Below, piece after piece: positions 20,226-30,466 of a stretch of DNA of 64,000 nt; the first letter of the stretch is position 1; every line of letters begins with the position of its first letter. Under the pieces are notes generated by a model. It did not search any database. It worked only from the letters and a program-made list of their open reading frames with translations, and was not told the origin of the DNA. Position numbers and translations under genes: made by a program. The stretch comes from an uncultured Brevinematales bacterium (lineage in GTDB: Bacteria; Spirochaetota; Brevinematia; Brevinematales; CAYRWR01), in the NCBI GenBank assembly GCA_964537555.1, contig CAZIAD010000003.1, positions 3,921-67,920 of the forward strand, in the 5' to 3' direction.

Positions 20226-21248
20226 TCAGCCCTGTTTCTTAGGGGATTTTTTCCCGGACCCTGATATAGAAGAAATGTCCATGTATTCAATATCAGCCTC
20301 ATCCAGGGCCTGATTGACCACCTGGGACAGGATCTCCTTTCTACCCTGGGAGATGAGATAGGAACGTAATCTGCCCTTTATCTCTTTAAAATCAAACTTC
20401 TTGCCTATGATGCGGTTTTTCAGCTGATAAACGATAAGCTGGGATTCACCGGCCAGCATAGTCCCTATCTTACCGGGCTCCAGATCAGACAGTACATTAT
20501 AGATCTCTTCGGGCAGACGGGAGGCCGGGACATCGGTATACTGCTCGAACTGCATGGACCGGGCAGCAAAATCTTTTTTAAGGTCAGAGATATTGCGCTC
20601 ACTGTTGAGTATAAAGGCGGCTTCATTTACCCCTTCAGTATTACTGACATAGACTTCATAAAAGCTGTACAGATCCGGCTCTTTCATCTGGGTTTCATGT
20701 TCTTCAAAATATTTCTGGAGATCATCGTCACTAAAATGAATTCTATTGCCAATAATCTGCTCAATATATTGCTCCAGCTGAATATCTTCCTGTACTTCGT
20801 TAAATATTTTTTCGGGAGTGCTGCCCAGAGCCAGGAGATTAGCCTCCCATTCACTTTCGTCTTCAAACTGGGCCCGCATAGCCAGAATCCGTGACCTCAC
20901 CTCTTCATCTGAGACCTCTATACCGCTTTGCCTGGCTTTTTGAACCATGAGCCTGCGTTCTATGATCTGATTAAGCACCTCGGTCTTCAGATACTTGATA
21001 TTGGCATCGGTCATCTCAAATTCATTGTCTTCATCTTCTTCCAGCTGCACTATATAGCGTCTTACTGCTGCTTCCAGTACAGCGCTATCGATCTCTTCTT
21101 TATTTACCCTGACTACTACTGACATGGCTGGCCTACCCATTTTCGCATTTCTTTCATTTCCAGTATTATAGCTCATAAAGGCTAAAAACAAAAGTGTTTT
21201 AGAGCCCCTTTCAGGGAAAGTCCCATAATGTACTAAATCACAGAGCAT
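20226..21248 (-). CDS. SurA/PrsA-like chaperone (SurA N-terminal domain plus degenerate parvulin-like region)
   Basis: VRVNKEEID...LNQIIERRLMVQKARQSGIEVSDEEV...LLALGSTPEKI...QKYFEEHETQMKEPD follows the SurA_N/PpiD pattern. The start is uncertain (alternative ATG at 21140) and no clear signal peptide is seen. Confidence 0.55.
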   Translation of the reverse strand: MLCDLVHYGTFPERGSKTLLFLAFMSYNTGNERNAKMGRPAMSVVVRVNKEEIDSAVLEAAVRRYIVQLEEDEDNEFEMTDANIKYLKTEVLNQIIERRLMVQKARQSGIEVSDEEVRSRILAMRAQFEDESEWEANLLALGSTPEKIFNEVQEDIQLEQYIEQIIGNRIHFSDDDLQKYFEEHETQMKEPDLYSFYEVYVSNTEGVNEAAFILNSERNISDLKKDFAARSMQFEQYTDVPASRLPEEIYNVLSDLEPGKIGTMLAGESQLIVYQLKNRIIGKKFDFKEIKGRLRSYLISQGRKEILSQVVNQALDEADIEYMDISSISGSGKKSPKKQG

Positions 21249-21299
21249 AAGTCCAGAGTCAAAAACCGGATTTAAACTATTAGCTCCTCTCAGATTAAC

Positions 21300-21327
21300 T
21301 TGACACCCGCCTCTTTTACTCTATAAT
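21300..21327 (+). promoter_or_regulatory. Sigma-70-type promoter candidate
   Basis: TTGACA (21300-21305), 16-nt spacer, TATAAT (21322-21327). It lies 28 nt upstream of the TTG start at 21355. Confidence 0.55.
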
Positions 21328-21354
21328 TATAGCAAACCCCGCAGGGAGGACAGA

Positions 21355-22188
21355 TTGATCTCTTTACAATCCCGGATCCGCTTTTTTCTGATCTTTTCAC
21401 TGATCACCTATATCATAACAGCTATCTCCCTGTTCATCATAAACCACTCCATAGGAAACCAGGCGGTACCGCAAGGCTCGCTTAATGCAGGCATTAATCT
21501 GGACCGTATCTTTATCGTGGCCATCATCATGATCATCCTGGGATTCCTGGTCGCGGCCTATAATCTCCTCTTCACCTACATCAGAGGAGTCAATCGCTAC
21601 CGGGAGCTGGCCCGCAGACTGCACTCCCTGAGCGATATAGGCACCTTTAATCTGCGAAGTATAGAATTTCCGGCAGAAGATGAATTCGGCAATATAGGAA
21701 AGCAACTCAATGCCATTCTGGGGCGCCTGGCTGAATTTGATGAGATCAAGACCCAGCGCATTAAACTGGAACGCCAGAAATTCACCATACTGGCTGGGAT
21801 TCTGGACATCCCTGTCCTGTTTATCTCTCTCCAGGGGCCCCATAAGCTGATCAAATCCTATAACAACAGATTCAGAGAACTATTTACCCGTAAACATAAA
21901 GAAGAGGCCTTTTATGAAATAGAAGGCTCCTCTCTTTCTGCCCTGGCTGAACAATGCGCCCCCCCTGCTTATAAAAATTATGCCCCTCTGATAGATGAAA
22001 ACCTGCTGGATGCCATTGATACGTCCGTAAATATCCTGTCCCCGGCTACCCTGAAAAGAGATTTTACCGCCATGAACGGGAAGGAAAAATATCACTGCGA
22101 AAAACTGGAAGTCATACCTATCTGGGATGACTATAACCAGGTAGGAGATATCCTGATCCTGTTTAAAGACATAAGGAAAAACCGATGA
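21355..22188 (+). CDS. Hypothetical two-TM membrane protein
   Basis: TTG start preceded by GGGAGGA (21343-21349). Two TM helices and a coiled-coil/HAMP-like linker, with an unassigned C-terminal domain. ATGA overlap with the next gene. Confidence 0.5.
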   Translation: MISLQSRIRFFLIFSLITYIITAISLFIINHSIGNQAVPQGSLNAGINLDRIFIVAIIMIILGFLVAAYNLLFTYIRGVNRYRELARRLHSLSDIGTFNLRSIEFPAEDEFGNIGKQLNAILGRLAEFDEIKTQRIKLERQKFTILAGILDIPVLFISLQGPHKLIKSYNNRFRELFTRKHKEEAFYEIEGSSLSALAEQCAPPAYKNYAPLIDENLLDAIDTSVNILSPATLKRDFTAMNGKEKYHCEKLEVIPIWDDYNQVGDILILFKDIRKNR

Positions 22189-24764
22189 GTAAAGCCCTTA
22201 AGATCATACTGATTCTGGCCGCATTGACCCTGATTGTGCTGTTTCTGCTCCCCGGATTCGCCACTTTTTTCACTAATATCTGGTGGTGGAGCAGCGAAGG
22301 CTATTTTAGTGTCTATGTCAAGACCCTGTTCATCAAAGCTATCTCATTTATTCTCCCCTTTATCCTGGGCCTGGGACTAATGAATTTCTGGATCTTTGGC
22401 CTGCGCAAGGTACAATCCAACAAAATATTAAGTACTTTTATCCTGCTCTTTTCCATAGCCGGAGGAGTGTGGGGAGTACTGAACTGGCAGCTTTTCGTCT
22501 GGAATATCGGCTTTCCCTCTACCCAGATGCAGGACCCTATCTTCGGCATGGATGCCTATTTTTATATGTTCCGGCTTCCTCTTCTGGACAAGATCCTCTA
22601 TCTGTTCCAGTTTTATTTTGCTTTTCTACTGCTATCAGACATCATTATCCACAAAAAAAGACAAAAAAACATCATCATAGAGGGCCGTCTTACATTTGAC
22701 AAGCCCATACTGGCCCTGGTGATCATCAATACCCTCATCAGCATGACTCTGGTGTTTTTCCGCTTATTCGAGACCCTGGTCCGTCAGCCACACCCTAAAC
22801 TGGGAGTAGATTTTACCACTGTACACGGTTATTTTCTGGGTTACTATATCTACCTGGGCATACTCTTTATCACAGTGGTATGGCTCATCCTGCACACCCT
22901 GCGTAAAGGGACCCGCCCCCTCACTGTCCTGATCTGCGGGGCCATGCTCACAGCAGTGTTTTTCCTGTCTACCCGGCTCTATCCCCGTATCCTGGAAAAG
23001 ACCAAGGTAAGCCCTAATGAACTGTTTGTACAAAAAGATTTTATCAATCACAGGATGGATGCCACCCGGGCTGGATTCGACCTGCGCCTGGAGGATTATG
23101 CCTTCAGCCATGACCTGACCAATGACCTGCCCGAGATCTTTTCCAAAGCCCGGATCTGGGATGCCGAGCCCTATCTTAAAGTAGTAAAACAACGCCAGGA
23201 GATCAAAGCCTACTTTAAATTTATAGACACGGATGTAGACACTTACCGTATTGCCGACCAGGTGTATCAGGTGCTGCTCTCAGCCCGGGAACTCAACACC
23301 TCCAGCCTGCCCCCCGACACCCTGACCTGGGATAACCTGACCCTGAGATATACCCATGGATACGGCGTAGCCCTGTCCCCGGCCCACACGGTAGAAGACA
23401 TAGGGGGGCCTGAATTCTGGATCAAAAACCTGGAATTAAACACGCCATTTCCTGAACTGGCCATCAAAACCCCCCAGATCTACTTCGGAGAGCTCACTTC
23501 CAATTACGTCATCGTACGTACCACCACCGAGGAATTCGAATATACGGCCAATACCAACCGGGTGACTACCACTTATAATGCAGAGCGGGGCATCCGGATA
23601 CAGAACTTCTTCCGCCGTTTGATGCTGTCCCTCCACTTTAAAGAAAGTAAGATATTGTTTACCAAATACCTGACCCGGGACTCCAGAGTACTGATGCGCC
23701 GAAACATCATAGAAAGAGTGAACACTCTCTTCCCTTACCTCAAGTATGACACCGACCCCTATATCACAATAGTAGAGGGCAGGCTGTTCTGGATCATCGA
23801 TGCCTACACCGTCTCGGATCGCTTCCCCATAGCTCAGCGTTTTGAGACCCCCCTGGGTAACATAAACTACCTGCGTAATTCTGTCAAAGTTATAGTAGAT
23901 GCCTATACCGGGCAGACTGATTATATTATTGTGGATGATACTGACCCGATCTGCCAGGCTTATAAATTTATCTTCCCGGAACTGTTCAGTCACGACATAG
24001 CCCCCGCCCTAAAACAGCACTTCCGCTATCCTGCCACCCTGTTCAGCATCCAGTCCGAGATCCTGGCTACCTATCATGTAGACAACCAGGACAGCTTTTA
24101 TAACGGTGAGGACGCCTGGAAGATCCCGGAGCAGATCTATGGCGAGACCAGGCATCCGTTCAGGCCCTACTACCTGCTGTCCAAGATCAATGGCAAATAC
24201 CAGTTTTCCCTGATCACTCCCTACAACCCCGTGGGAAAAGAAAACCTGGCAGCCTGGATGATAGCCTATTATGATGAGGGCCACCATCTTGCCCTTAAAT
24301 ACGTGGAAAAAACATCGAGCTCCTTTGGGCCCTTACAGATAGAATCCACCATAGACCAGGATGAGACCATGTCCCGCCTGTTCAGCCTCTGGAATCAGCA
24401 GGGATCTAAAGTGTTCCGGGGAAATATACAGTTCATCCCCCTCAATAATGACATCCTGTACCTGGAATCTATTTTCCTGGAATCCGAGCAGACATCCATA
24501 CCTCAGCTGACCCGAATTATCGCAGTCATCAATGGGCGGGTCTTTCAGGGCCGGGACTTCCGGGAGCTGCTCATGTCCATAGGGGGTAAATACAATACAG
24601 CATGGGGAGACAACGCCAGCGGCCAGGATAAACTGATCCGCCAACTCACCCAGGCCTATAAAATATTTCTGGAAGCAGAGGCACAGAGAGTAGACGGAAA
24701 CCTAAACGCTTATCAGGAAAAGGTCGATAAGATAGGAGAAGTATTAAAAAATTCTCTTCCTTAA
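22185..24764 (+). CDS. UPF0182-family large membrane protein
   Basis: 859 aa with about 7 N-terminal TM helices and a large extracytoplasmic domain. Stretches such as IWDAEPYL, FIDTDVDTYR and LRYTHGYG recall the UPF0182 (COG1615) family. Family assignment is from memory. Confidence 0.6.
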   Translation: MSKALKIILILAALTLIVLFLLPGFATFFTNIWWWSSEGYFSVYVKTLFIKAISFILPFILGLGLMNFWIFGLRKVQSNKILSTFILLFSIAGGVWGVLNWQLFVWNIGFPSTQMQDPIFGMDAYFYMFRLPLLDKILYLFQFYFAFLLLSDIIIHKKRQKNIIIEGRLTFDKPILALVIINTLISMTLVFFRLFETLVRQPHPKLGVDFTTVHGYFLGYYIYLGILFITVVWLILHTLRKGTRPLTVLICGAMLTAVFFLSTRLYPRILEKTKVSPNELFVQKDFINHRMDATRAGFDLRLEDYAFSHDLTNDLPEIFSKARIWDAEPYLKVVKQRQEIKAYFKFIDTDVDTYRIADQVYQVLLSARELNTSSLPPDTLTWDNLTLRYTHGYGVALSPAHTVEDIGGPEFWIKNLELNTPFPELAIKTPQIYFGELTSNYVIVRTTTEEFEYTANTNRVTTTYNAERGIRIQNFFRRLMLSLHFKESKILFTKYLTRDSRVLMRRNIIERVNTLFPYLKYDTDPYITIVEGRLFWIIDAYTVSDRFPIAQRFETPLGNINYLRNSVKVIVDAYTGQTDYIIVDDTDPICQAYKFIFPELFSHDIAPALKQHFRYPATLFSIQSEILATYHVDNQDSFYNGEDAWKIPEQIYGETRHPFRPYYLLSKINGKYQFSLITPYNPVGKENLAAWMIAYYDEGHHLALKYVEKTSSSFGPLQIESTIDQDETMSRLFSLWNQQGSKVFRGNIQFIPLNNDILYLESIFLESEQTSIPQLTRIIAVINGRVFQGRDFRELLMSIGGKYNTAWGDNASGQDKLIRQLTQAYKIFLEAEAQRVDGNLNAYQEKVDKIGEVLKNSLP

Positions 24765-24776
24765 AGAGGCCGGATA

Positions 24777-25214
24777 ATGGATAATAAAGACCGCTCTGCC
24801 CTCATCCGCAGAGGTAATGAGCTTTACAACAATGGTGATTTTAAAAATGCGCTGAAGATATTTCTGGCAACGGAATATCAGGATGGCATAGTCAGAGTGG
24901 CAGACCACCTCTATTATGAAGATGAAAACACTATAGGGGCGATCAAGCTCTACAAGAAAGCAGGCTACCAGCGCAAGATCGATGAGTTTGCCGAAAAAGC
25001 GGCTGTGACCATACAGGCCTGGCTGGCTGAAGACAAGGAAAAAATGGCTGTACCGGTACCCCAGGAAAAATTATCCCCTGAAGAAAAAGAAGCCGAAAAA
25101 GCCTTTCAAAAATGGGAACCCGTGACCCTGAAAAGTACAGAGATCATGCAGGCCAAAATCGAGAAAAATGACATAGACCAGGCCTTCAGGAAAAAGAAAA
25201 GGGAAAAGAGATGA
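24777..25214 (+). CDS. Hypothetical helical (TPR/Sel1-like) protein
   Basis: 145 aa. GNELYNNGDFKNALKIF...AIKLYKKAG resembles short helical repeats. Lys/Glu-rich tail. Confidence 0.45.
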   Translation: MDNKDRSALIRRGNELYNNGDFKNALKIFLATEYQDGIVRVADHLYYEDENTIGAIKLYKKAGYQRKIDEFAEKAAVTIQAWLAEDKEKMAVPVPQEKLSPEEKEAEKAFQKWEPVTLKSTEIMQAKIEKNDIDQAFRKKKREKR

Positions 25215-26095
25215 AGAAATACACTTTAATGATTACGGTGATACTGTTGCGCACACTTTGTTTTGGCCTGGATGATTCCCAACCCATCATGTGGGACAAA
25301 GACAGTGATGACAAGATCGAACTGGTGGAAAAGATCAGTCGTCATTCTACTATTTTCAACTGGACCAAAGGTAAGATCATCACCGAACTGACCCTTCCCA
25401 TCGACCATACTGACCCCAATCTGGGCCGTCAGACCAGTGTACAGCAGGCCGGCATGCGAAAAGAACTGAAACAAAATCTGATCAACTCTCTGGGGGCACT
25501 GCGTATCTCTGACCTTTTTTTACTAAAAGATTATTACAATCTGAAAAGTGACATCCGCTATGAGATCATTGCCCGGGCTGACACCGCCTTTTATTATCCT
25601 CCGGTAGAAAGACAGGGCAAACTTTATGGAAAAATGGAGCTGCCCATTTTTGGAAAACAGGGCATCGCCAACCTGTTTTACCGTACAGTAGACCGGAAAA
25701 AACTCACTAAATACATCAATGATTACCCCTCTAAACAGAGCGAGCAATATGATTCCCTCATCATTGATACCATTACCTTCCCCGAGTTTCAACCCTCCAT
25801 TAATATGCGGATATATGATCAGGACGGCACCCTGCTTTACGGGCCAGAGATCGTAGATCAGAGCTATTTATTTGATATCGGGGTATGTGAATACACGACC
25901 AGCCTGCGTCACGCTTTTGAATCAGAGCGCAGTGGAAATAACATCTTCTACATCATCCCTTTTGATATCAAAGGAAAAATGAAGACCGACCTCATCCTGC
26001 ATAATGATGATGCCGCCCGCCTCCTGGCCAACCCCGGAACACTGGAAAATCTGAAAAAATCCCGGGTAATAGTAGTCAAACCCCAGGCAGAATAG
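25211..26095 (+). CDS. Hypothetical secreted protein
   Basis: ATGA overlap with the upstream gene. N-terminal signal-like helix (LMITVILLRTLCFG). No motif recognised. Confidence 0.5.
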   Translation: MKKYTLMITVILLRTLCFGLDDSQPIMWDKDSDDKIELVEKISRHSTIFNWTKGKIITELTLPIDHTDPNLGRQTSVQQAGMRKELKQNLINSLGALRISDLFLLKDYYNLKSDIRYEIIARADTAFYYPPVERQGKLYGKMELPIFGKQGIANLFYRTVDRKKLTKYINDYPSKQSEQYDSLIIDTITFPEFQPSINMRIYDQDGTLLYGPEIVDQSYLFDIGVCEYTTSLRHAFESERSGNNIFYIIPFDIKGKMKTDLILHNDDAARLLANPGTLENLKKSRVIVVKPQAE

Positions 26096-27319
26096 ATGCT
26101 GCTCATCCAATCAGATACTGCAGGCCCTCTTTCCAGCCCCATCCATCTCCCCGACACCTTCAGGAGGGATATAAAAAAAGCCTGTGATTCCGGTATCAGC
26201 CTCATGCTGCTCTCAAAAAACGGTGAAGCCAGGCAATACCGGATTAAATCATGGAAAAATCTGACTCCTACTCAATTAGAGCTGGAGGTACAGGATCCGG
26301 GGACGATCTCCCTTTCTGCTCTGGAAGCAGGCCTCTTAATGGGAAAGCAGACAAGCCTGTTTTACAGTCCGGAATTTATGGAACAATTCTCTACATGGAA
26401 AAAAAACGCTGGCTTAGCTCCCCTGGATATTGAGGTCCGGCAGGACCGTCAGGGCCTCCACATCAGGGTATATGACAGCCTGTGTCTCTCATGCGAGTCT
26501 CTGCTACTCCCTGCCCCCTTATGGGCCAGCTATTCACAGGAGATCGAGCACAACACAGGCCTGATAGACCAATCCCTGCAGCAGCAAAACAAAAGTGAAA
26601 TAAATGCTTCTATTAAAGACATTGCTATCATTATAGACAAAATACTCTCCAGGCTGGAGCACACTGGCTTTATGGAGCAGCATTTCCGCCGGATCCGGAT
26701 ATTTCAGGATGTGAGTGTCCCCTATATACCCTGGGAGTTTGTATTTAAAAACCAGGTGCTTCAGTTTCCTGTAAAAGTGCCATTCCGCAAAAAGGAATCG
26801 CCACCCCCCGGGCTTTTACATTTTACCTCGGTCTACGACCCGGCCCTGCTGCAGTCTGCCCGGGAGTCCGGTAAGATCATTGATGCTATGGAAGAATACT
26901 GGGAAGTGGAAAGCTTTAGTGATGCCCATTACAGGGATTATAAGTCCCATATTGCCCAGAGTGACATCCTCCATTTTGCGGGACATGGCAGAACGGAGTT
27001 TAAAAAAGGGCAGATCTGCCTGGAAGGTAAATGGCATCAGAGCCTGCTGTTCAGCGCTGACCTGCGCCTGGCCTGTTTCAATGCCTGTCACTGCGGAAAG
27101 CAGAGTGCAGGTATCATACAGCAGACTCTGGAACAGGGTGCATGTTCAGTCCTGGCCAGCCCCTATGCCATTCCGGACCGTGACTGGGTCGATTTCAGTC
27201 AGTTTTATCGTCATTTTCAGGCTGCAGATCCTCTGCACAGCATCTCTTTTTACAGCCTCCTGGACAGGCGCCTCCAGCTATTTTATCGCAATTATATACC
27301 CTATCAGGTGAAAAGTTGA
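26096..27319 (+). CDS. CHAT-domain (caspase-fold protease-like) protein
   Basis: The C-terminal half carries CHAT hallmarks: PYIPWEFVF, His block ILHFAGHG and Cys block LACFNACHCGK. The ATG directly abuts the preceding TAG stop. Confidence 0.6.
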   Translation: MLLIQSDTAGPLSSPIHLPDTFRRDIKKACDSGISLMLLSKNGEARQYRIKSWKNLTPTQLELEVQDPGTISLSALEAGLLMGKQTSLFYSPEFMEQFSTWKKNAGLAPLDIEVRQDRQGLHIRVYDSLCLSCESLLLPAPLWASYSQEIEHNTGLIDQSLQQQNKSEINASIKDIAIIIDKILSRLEHTGFMEQHFRRIRIFQDVSVPYIPWEFVFKNQVLQFPVKVPFRKKESPPPGLLHFTSVYDPALLQSARESGKIIDAMEEYWEVESFSDAHYRDYKSHIAQSDILHFAGHGRTEFKKGQICLEGKWHQSLLFSADLRLACFNACHCGKQSAGIIQQTLEQGACSVLASPYAIPDRDWVDFSQFYRHFQAADPLHSISFYSLLDRRLQLFYRNYIPYQVKS

Positions 27320-27344
27320 CAGTTTTATGCAAGTGGGTTAAGAT
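27316..27344 (+). promoter_or_regulatory. Sigma-70-type promoter candidate for rpsB
   Basis: TTGACA (27316-27321), 17-nt spacer, TAAGAT (27339-27344). Confidence 0.5.
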
Positions 27345-27381
27345 ATTAAGCTAAATTTCTTATATGAAGGAGATACCCTTT

Positions 27382-28212
27382 ATGGCGAGCCTGATTTATG
27401 ATGACAAAGAGTTGATGCGGGCATTACTGGAAGCAGGAGTGCATTTTGGACACCAGACCAAGCGCTGGAATCCCAAGATGAAGCCTTATATTTTTATGAA
27501 AAGAAACGGTATTTATATCGTAGATTTACGCTTTACTATCGAAAAGCTGAAAGAAGCATACCATGCACTTAAGGCTGTCGTAGAAAAAGGCGGGTCCGTA
27601 TTGTTCGTAGGAACAAAGAAACAGGCTCAGGCATCTATCATAGAAGAAAGCCAGAGATGCGGCCAGATGGCAGTATCCAAGCGCTGGCTGGGTGGTACCC
27701 TGACTAACTATGCCACCATCAAAAAATCTATCGATAAACTGAAAAAAATGGAAAAGCGTCTGGAAATGGATCGTGACCACATGATCAAGAAAGAAGCTGT
27801 GACCATAGAAAAAGATATCGAAAGAATGAAAGCGTTTTATGACGGCATCAGAGATATGAAAAAGATCCCTGAAGCTATGTGGGTAGTAGACACCAAAAGA
27901 GAGATCAACGCTATACGTGAAGCCCGCAGCCTGGGAGTCAAGATCTTCGGAGTAGCTGATACTAACAGTGACCCTGATCTGCTGGACTACCTGGTACCGG
28001 GAAATGATGATGCTATCCGTGCGGTAAAACTCATCACCTCTATCATGGCTGATGCAGTTATCGAAGGTTCTACCATCGCTGCCAAGAAAGACGTGCAGAT
28101 GATGGAAGAGACCGACACTGATGATGCAGACATGGCAGACTCAGACGACGTAGTCTCGGTTGCTGCTGAGGATACTTCTCAAGACGCCTCAGACGACGAT
28201 ATAGACGAATAA
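27382..28212 (+). CDS. rpsB: 30S ribosomal protein S2
   Basis: LLEAGVHFGHQTKRWNPKM and VLFVGTKKQA signatures. Start set at ATG 27382, after AAGGAG at 27367-27372. Has an acidic C-terminal tail. Confidence 0.95.
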   Translation: MASLIYDDKELMRALLEAGVHFGHQTKRWNPKMKPYIFMKRNGIYIVDLRFTIEKLKEAYHALKAVVEKGGSVLFVGTKKQAQASIIEESQRCGQMAVSKRWLGGTLTNYATIKKSIDKLKKMEKRLEMDRDHMIKKEAVTIEKDIERMKAFYDGIRDMKKIPEAMWVVDTKREINAIREARSLGVKIFGVADTNSDPDLLDYLVPGNDDAIRAVKLITSIMADAVIEGSTIAAKKDVQMMEETDTDDADMADSDDVVSVAAEDTSQDASDDDIDE

Positions 28213-28217
28213 TCCAG

Positions 28218-28244
28218 GGCGGCGTTTATCGCCGCCTTTTTTTT
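28218..28244 (+). terminator. Hairpin plus T-run between rpsB and tsf (terminator/attenuator)
   Basis: GGCGGCG-TTTAT-CGCCGCC followed by T8. Confidence 0.6.
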
Positions 28245-28271
28245 AAAGCTTATTACTAAAAGGAGAATGAG

Positions 28272-29099
28272 ATGGCTGATATCAGCATGGATATGATTAA
28301 AGAACTGAAAGAAAAGACCGGTGCCGGCATCGTAGACTGCAAAAAGACTTTGCAGGAAACCAATGGAAATATGGACGAAGCTGTAGATATCCTCCGCAAA
28401 AAAGGACTGGCCAAAGCAGCAAAAAAAGAAGGCCGTACCGCTAAAGAAGGCTCAGTAAGAATCATAATATCAGATGACAATAAAAAAGGGCTGATCGTAA
28501 AAGTTAACTGTGAGACAGATTTTGTGGCCAAGACAGAAGACTTTCAAAAATTTGTAGATGCTGTGACTCAGCTCATCTTTGACAAAGGTTATAAAAAAGA
28601 AGAAGAACTGCAGGCAGACCTGGAAGAGATGCGTAAAAATGTGATAGCCAAACTGGGTGAAAACATCCTCATTTCCGAGTGGTCTTTCATCGAAGCTACC
28701 GGCTCCCTGTACTCTTATCTGCATCTGGGAAAAGTAGCCGCCATTGTCGACTTCAAGGGTGACCTTAAGTCAGCTGACGGTGAGAACTTTATGAAACAGG
28801 TAGCTATGCAGATCACTGCTATGAACCCTGCCTCTGTGACTGAACAGGAATTTCCCCAGGACATCCTGAACAAGGAAAAAGAGATCTACATGGAAGAAGC
28901 CAAGGGCAGCGGAAAACCTGAAGCCGTAGTAGAAAAAATAGCCCTGGGTAAACTCTCCAAGTTCCTCAAGGAAAATGTACTGCTGGAGCAGGAATTTATC
29001 CTGGACGCAGAGAAGAAGATCAAAGACCTGGTGGCAGATGTCTCCAAAGCTCTGGGCACCAGCGCTGAGATCAAATCATTTATCCGTATCGGCCTCTAA
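28272..29099 (+). CDS. tsf: Translation elongation factor Ts
   Basis: N-terminal UBA-like MIKELKEKTGAGIVDCKKTL plus CETDFVAKTEDF. Confidence 0.95.
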   Translation: MADISMDMIKELKEKTGAGIVDCKKTLQETNGNMDEAVDILRKKGLAKAAKKEGRTAKEGSVRIIISDDNKKGLIVKVNCETDFVAKTEDFQKFVDAVTQLIFDKGYKKEEELQADLEEMRKNVIAKLGENILISEWSFIEATGSLYSYLHLGKVAAIVDFKGDLKSADGENFMKQVAMQITAMNPASVTEQEFPQDILNKEKEIYMEEAKGSGKPEAVVEKIALGKLSKFLKENVLLEQEFILDAEKKIKDLVADVSKALGTSAEIKSFIRIGL

Positions 29100-29116
29100 G
29101 TAAACATCATTATTTA

Positions 29117-29145
29117 TCCCCTCTTTTTAAGAGGGGATTTTTTTT
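29117..29145 (+). terminator. Rho-independent terminator
   Basis: TCCCCTC...GAGGGGA stem followed by T8. Confidence 0.7.
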
Positions 29146-29211
29146 AGCCTGAAAGATGCAAAAATTTTCAGAAAACATTAAACTATTGTAATACATTTTA
29201 GGGAGATACAA

Positions 29212-29913
29212 GTGTATAAAAGAGTGCTGTTAAAAGTAAGTGGAGAAGTACTGGGCGGAGGCCAGGCCGGACTGGACTATGCCGCTGTAGAACAGGTCTG
29301 TGAACAGATCGCCCAGGCCCAGAAGACCGGCGTCCAGATGGGCGTAGTAGTGGGTGGCGGCAACATGATGCGCGGCGTGGAAGCCCATAATTACGGCGTA
29401 GAACGCACCACAGCCGACCATATGGGTATGCTGGCTACCGTCATCAATGCCCTGGCCCTGCGGTCCATCCTGGAAGAAAAATTTGATATCGAGACCCGGG
29501 TCCTGTCAGCCGTATCCGTCCATGCCGTAGCCGAAGATTTTATCCGGGGCAGAGCTATCCGTCACCTCGAAAAAGGACGGGTGGTCATCTTCGGAGGAGG
29601 TACGGGTAACCCCTACTTTTCTACCGATACCGCCGCGGTGCTGCGTGCCGTAGAAATACATGCCGACATCATGATCAAGGCTACCAAAGTAGATGGTGTA
29701 TACGATAAAGACCCCAAGAAATACAGCGATGCCAAACGATACTCCAGGCTGTCCTACATGGAAGTGCTCAATCAGCAGCTGAAGATTCTGGATTCCACAG
29801 CGGTAAGCCTGTGTATGGATAACAAGCTCCCTGTAAAAGTGCTGAATATTTTTGAAGACGGGCACATACGTCAGGCCGTAAAAGGTGAAGACGTAGGCAC
29901 CACCATAGAATAA
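29212..29913 (+). CDS. pyrH: UMP kinase
   Basis: GTG start. KVSGEVL, VVGGGNMMRG, GGGTGNPYFSTDTAA and KATKVDGVYDKDP. Confidence 0.95.
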   Translation: MYKRVLLKVSGEVLGGGQAGLDYAAVEQVCEQIAQAQKTGVQMGVVVGGGNMMRGVEAHNYGVERTTADHMGMLATVINALALRSILEEKFDIETRVLSAVSVHAVAEDFIRGRAIRHLEKGRVVIFGGGTGNPYFSTDTAAVLRAVEIHADIMIKATKVDGVYDKDPKKYSDAKRYSRLSYMEVLNQQLKILDSTAVSLCMDNKLPVKVLNIFEDGHIRQAVKGEDVGTTIE

Positions 29914-29914
29914 G

Positions 29915-30466
29915 ATGAGAATAAGCTCAGGAAGCTATAAAGGCAAAAGCCTGCAGGTACCCAAACACGGCGTCACTCCTACTTCCGAAATGCTGCGCCA
30001 GTCTGTGATGAGTATTATACGCCCTTTTGTGAGAGAAGCCCGGGTCATGGATATATGTGCCGGCACCGGCGCGGTAGGTATAGAAGCCCTGTCCAATGGT
30101 GCCGCCTACTGCCTCTTTGTAGAACATAACCCTAAAGTATATACCTATCTCCATAAAAACCTGGAAAGTATAGTCCCGGAAAAAAGTTCCTGGCACTGCT
30201 TTCAGCATAATGCCGGCGAACTCAGCCCGGAATTGATGGATGAATCTCCGGAGTCTTATGATATTATCTTTGCAGACCCCTTTTATGATGATGCGGAGGA
30301 GCTCTTTCCCCGTATCCATGACTTTGCCATGAAAATGCTGAAACCGGGGGGGACCTTTATCTTTGAACATGGCCAGGAGATGGATATGGAAAAGTATGCG
30401 GACTTTAGCCGGACTAAAAAATACGGGGACAGCCACTTGTCCCAGTTCAGCCGGATACAGTCATGA
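29915..30466 (+). CDS. rsmD: 16S rRNA (guanine966-N2)-methyltransferase RsmD-like
   Basis: RPTSE-type N-terminus (VTPTSEMLRQSVMSI), SAM motif DICAGTGAVGIEALS and DPPY-like FADPFY. Confidence 0.85.
   Translation: MRISSGSYKGKSLQVPKHGVTPTSEMLRQSVMSIIRPFVREARVMDICAGTGAVGIEALSNGAAYCLFVEHNPKVYTYLHKNLESIVPEKSSWHCFQHNAGELSPELMDESPESYDIIFADPFYDDAEELFPRIHDFAMKMLKPGGTFIFEHGQEMDMEKYADFSRTKKYGDSHLSQFSRIQS

Noticed and set aside
28090-28212. Asp/Glu/Ser-rich tail of ribosomal protein S2 as a separate feature or repeat
   Set aside because: It is in frame and contiguous with rpsB. Low-complexity acidic tails occur in S2 of various bacteria, so it is not an independent element.
29927-30436. 169-aa ORF on the minus strand
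   Set aside because: It is antisense to rsmD, which has clear SAM-binding and DPPY-like motifs.
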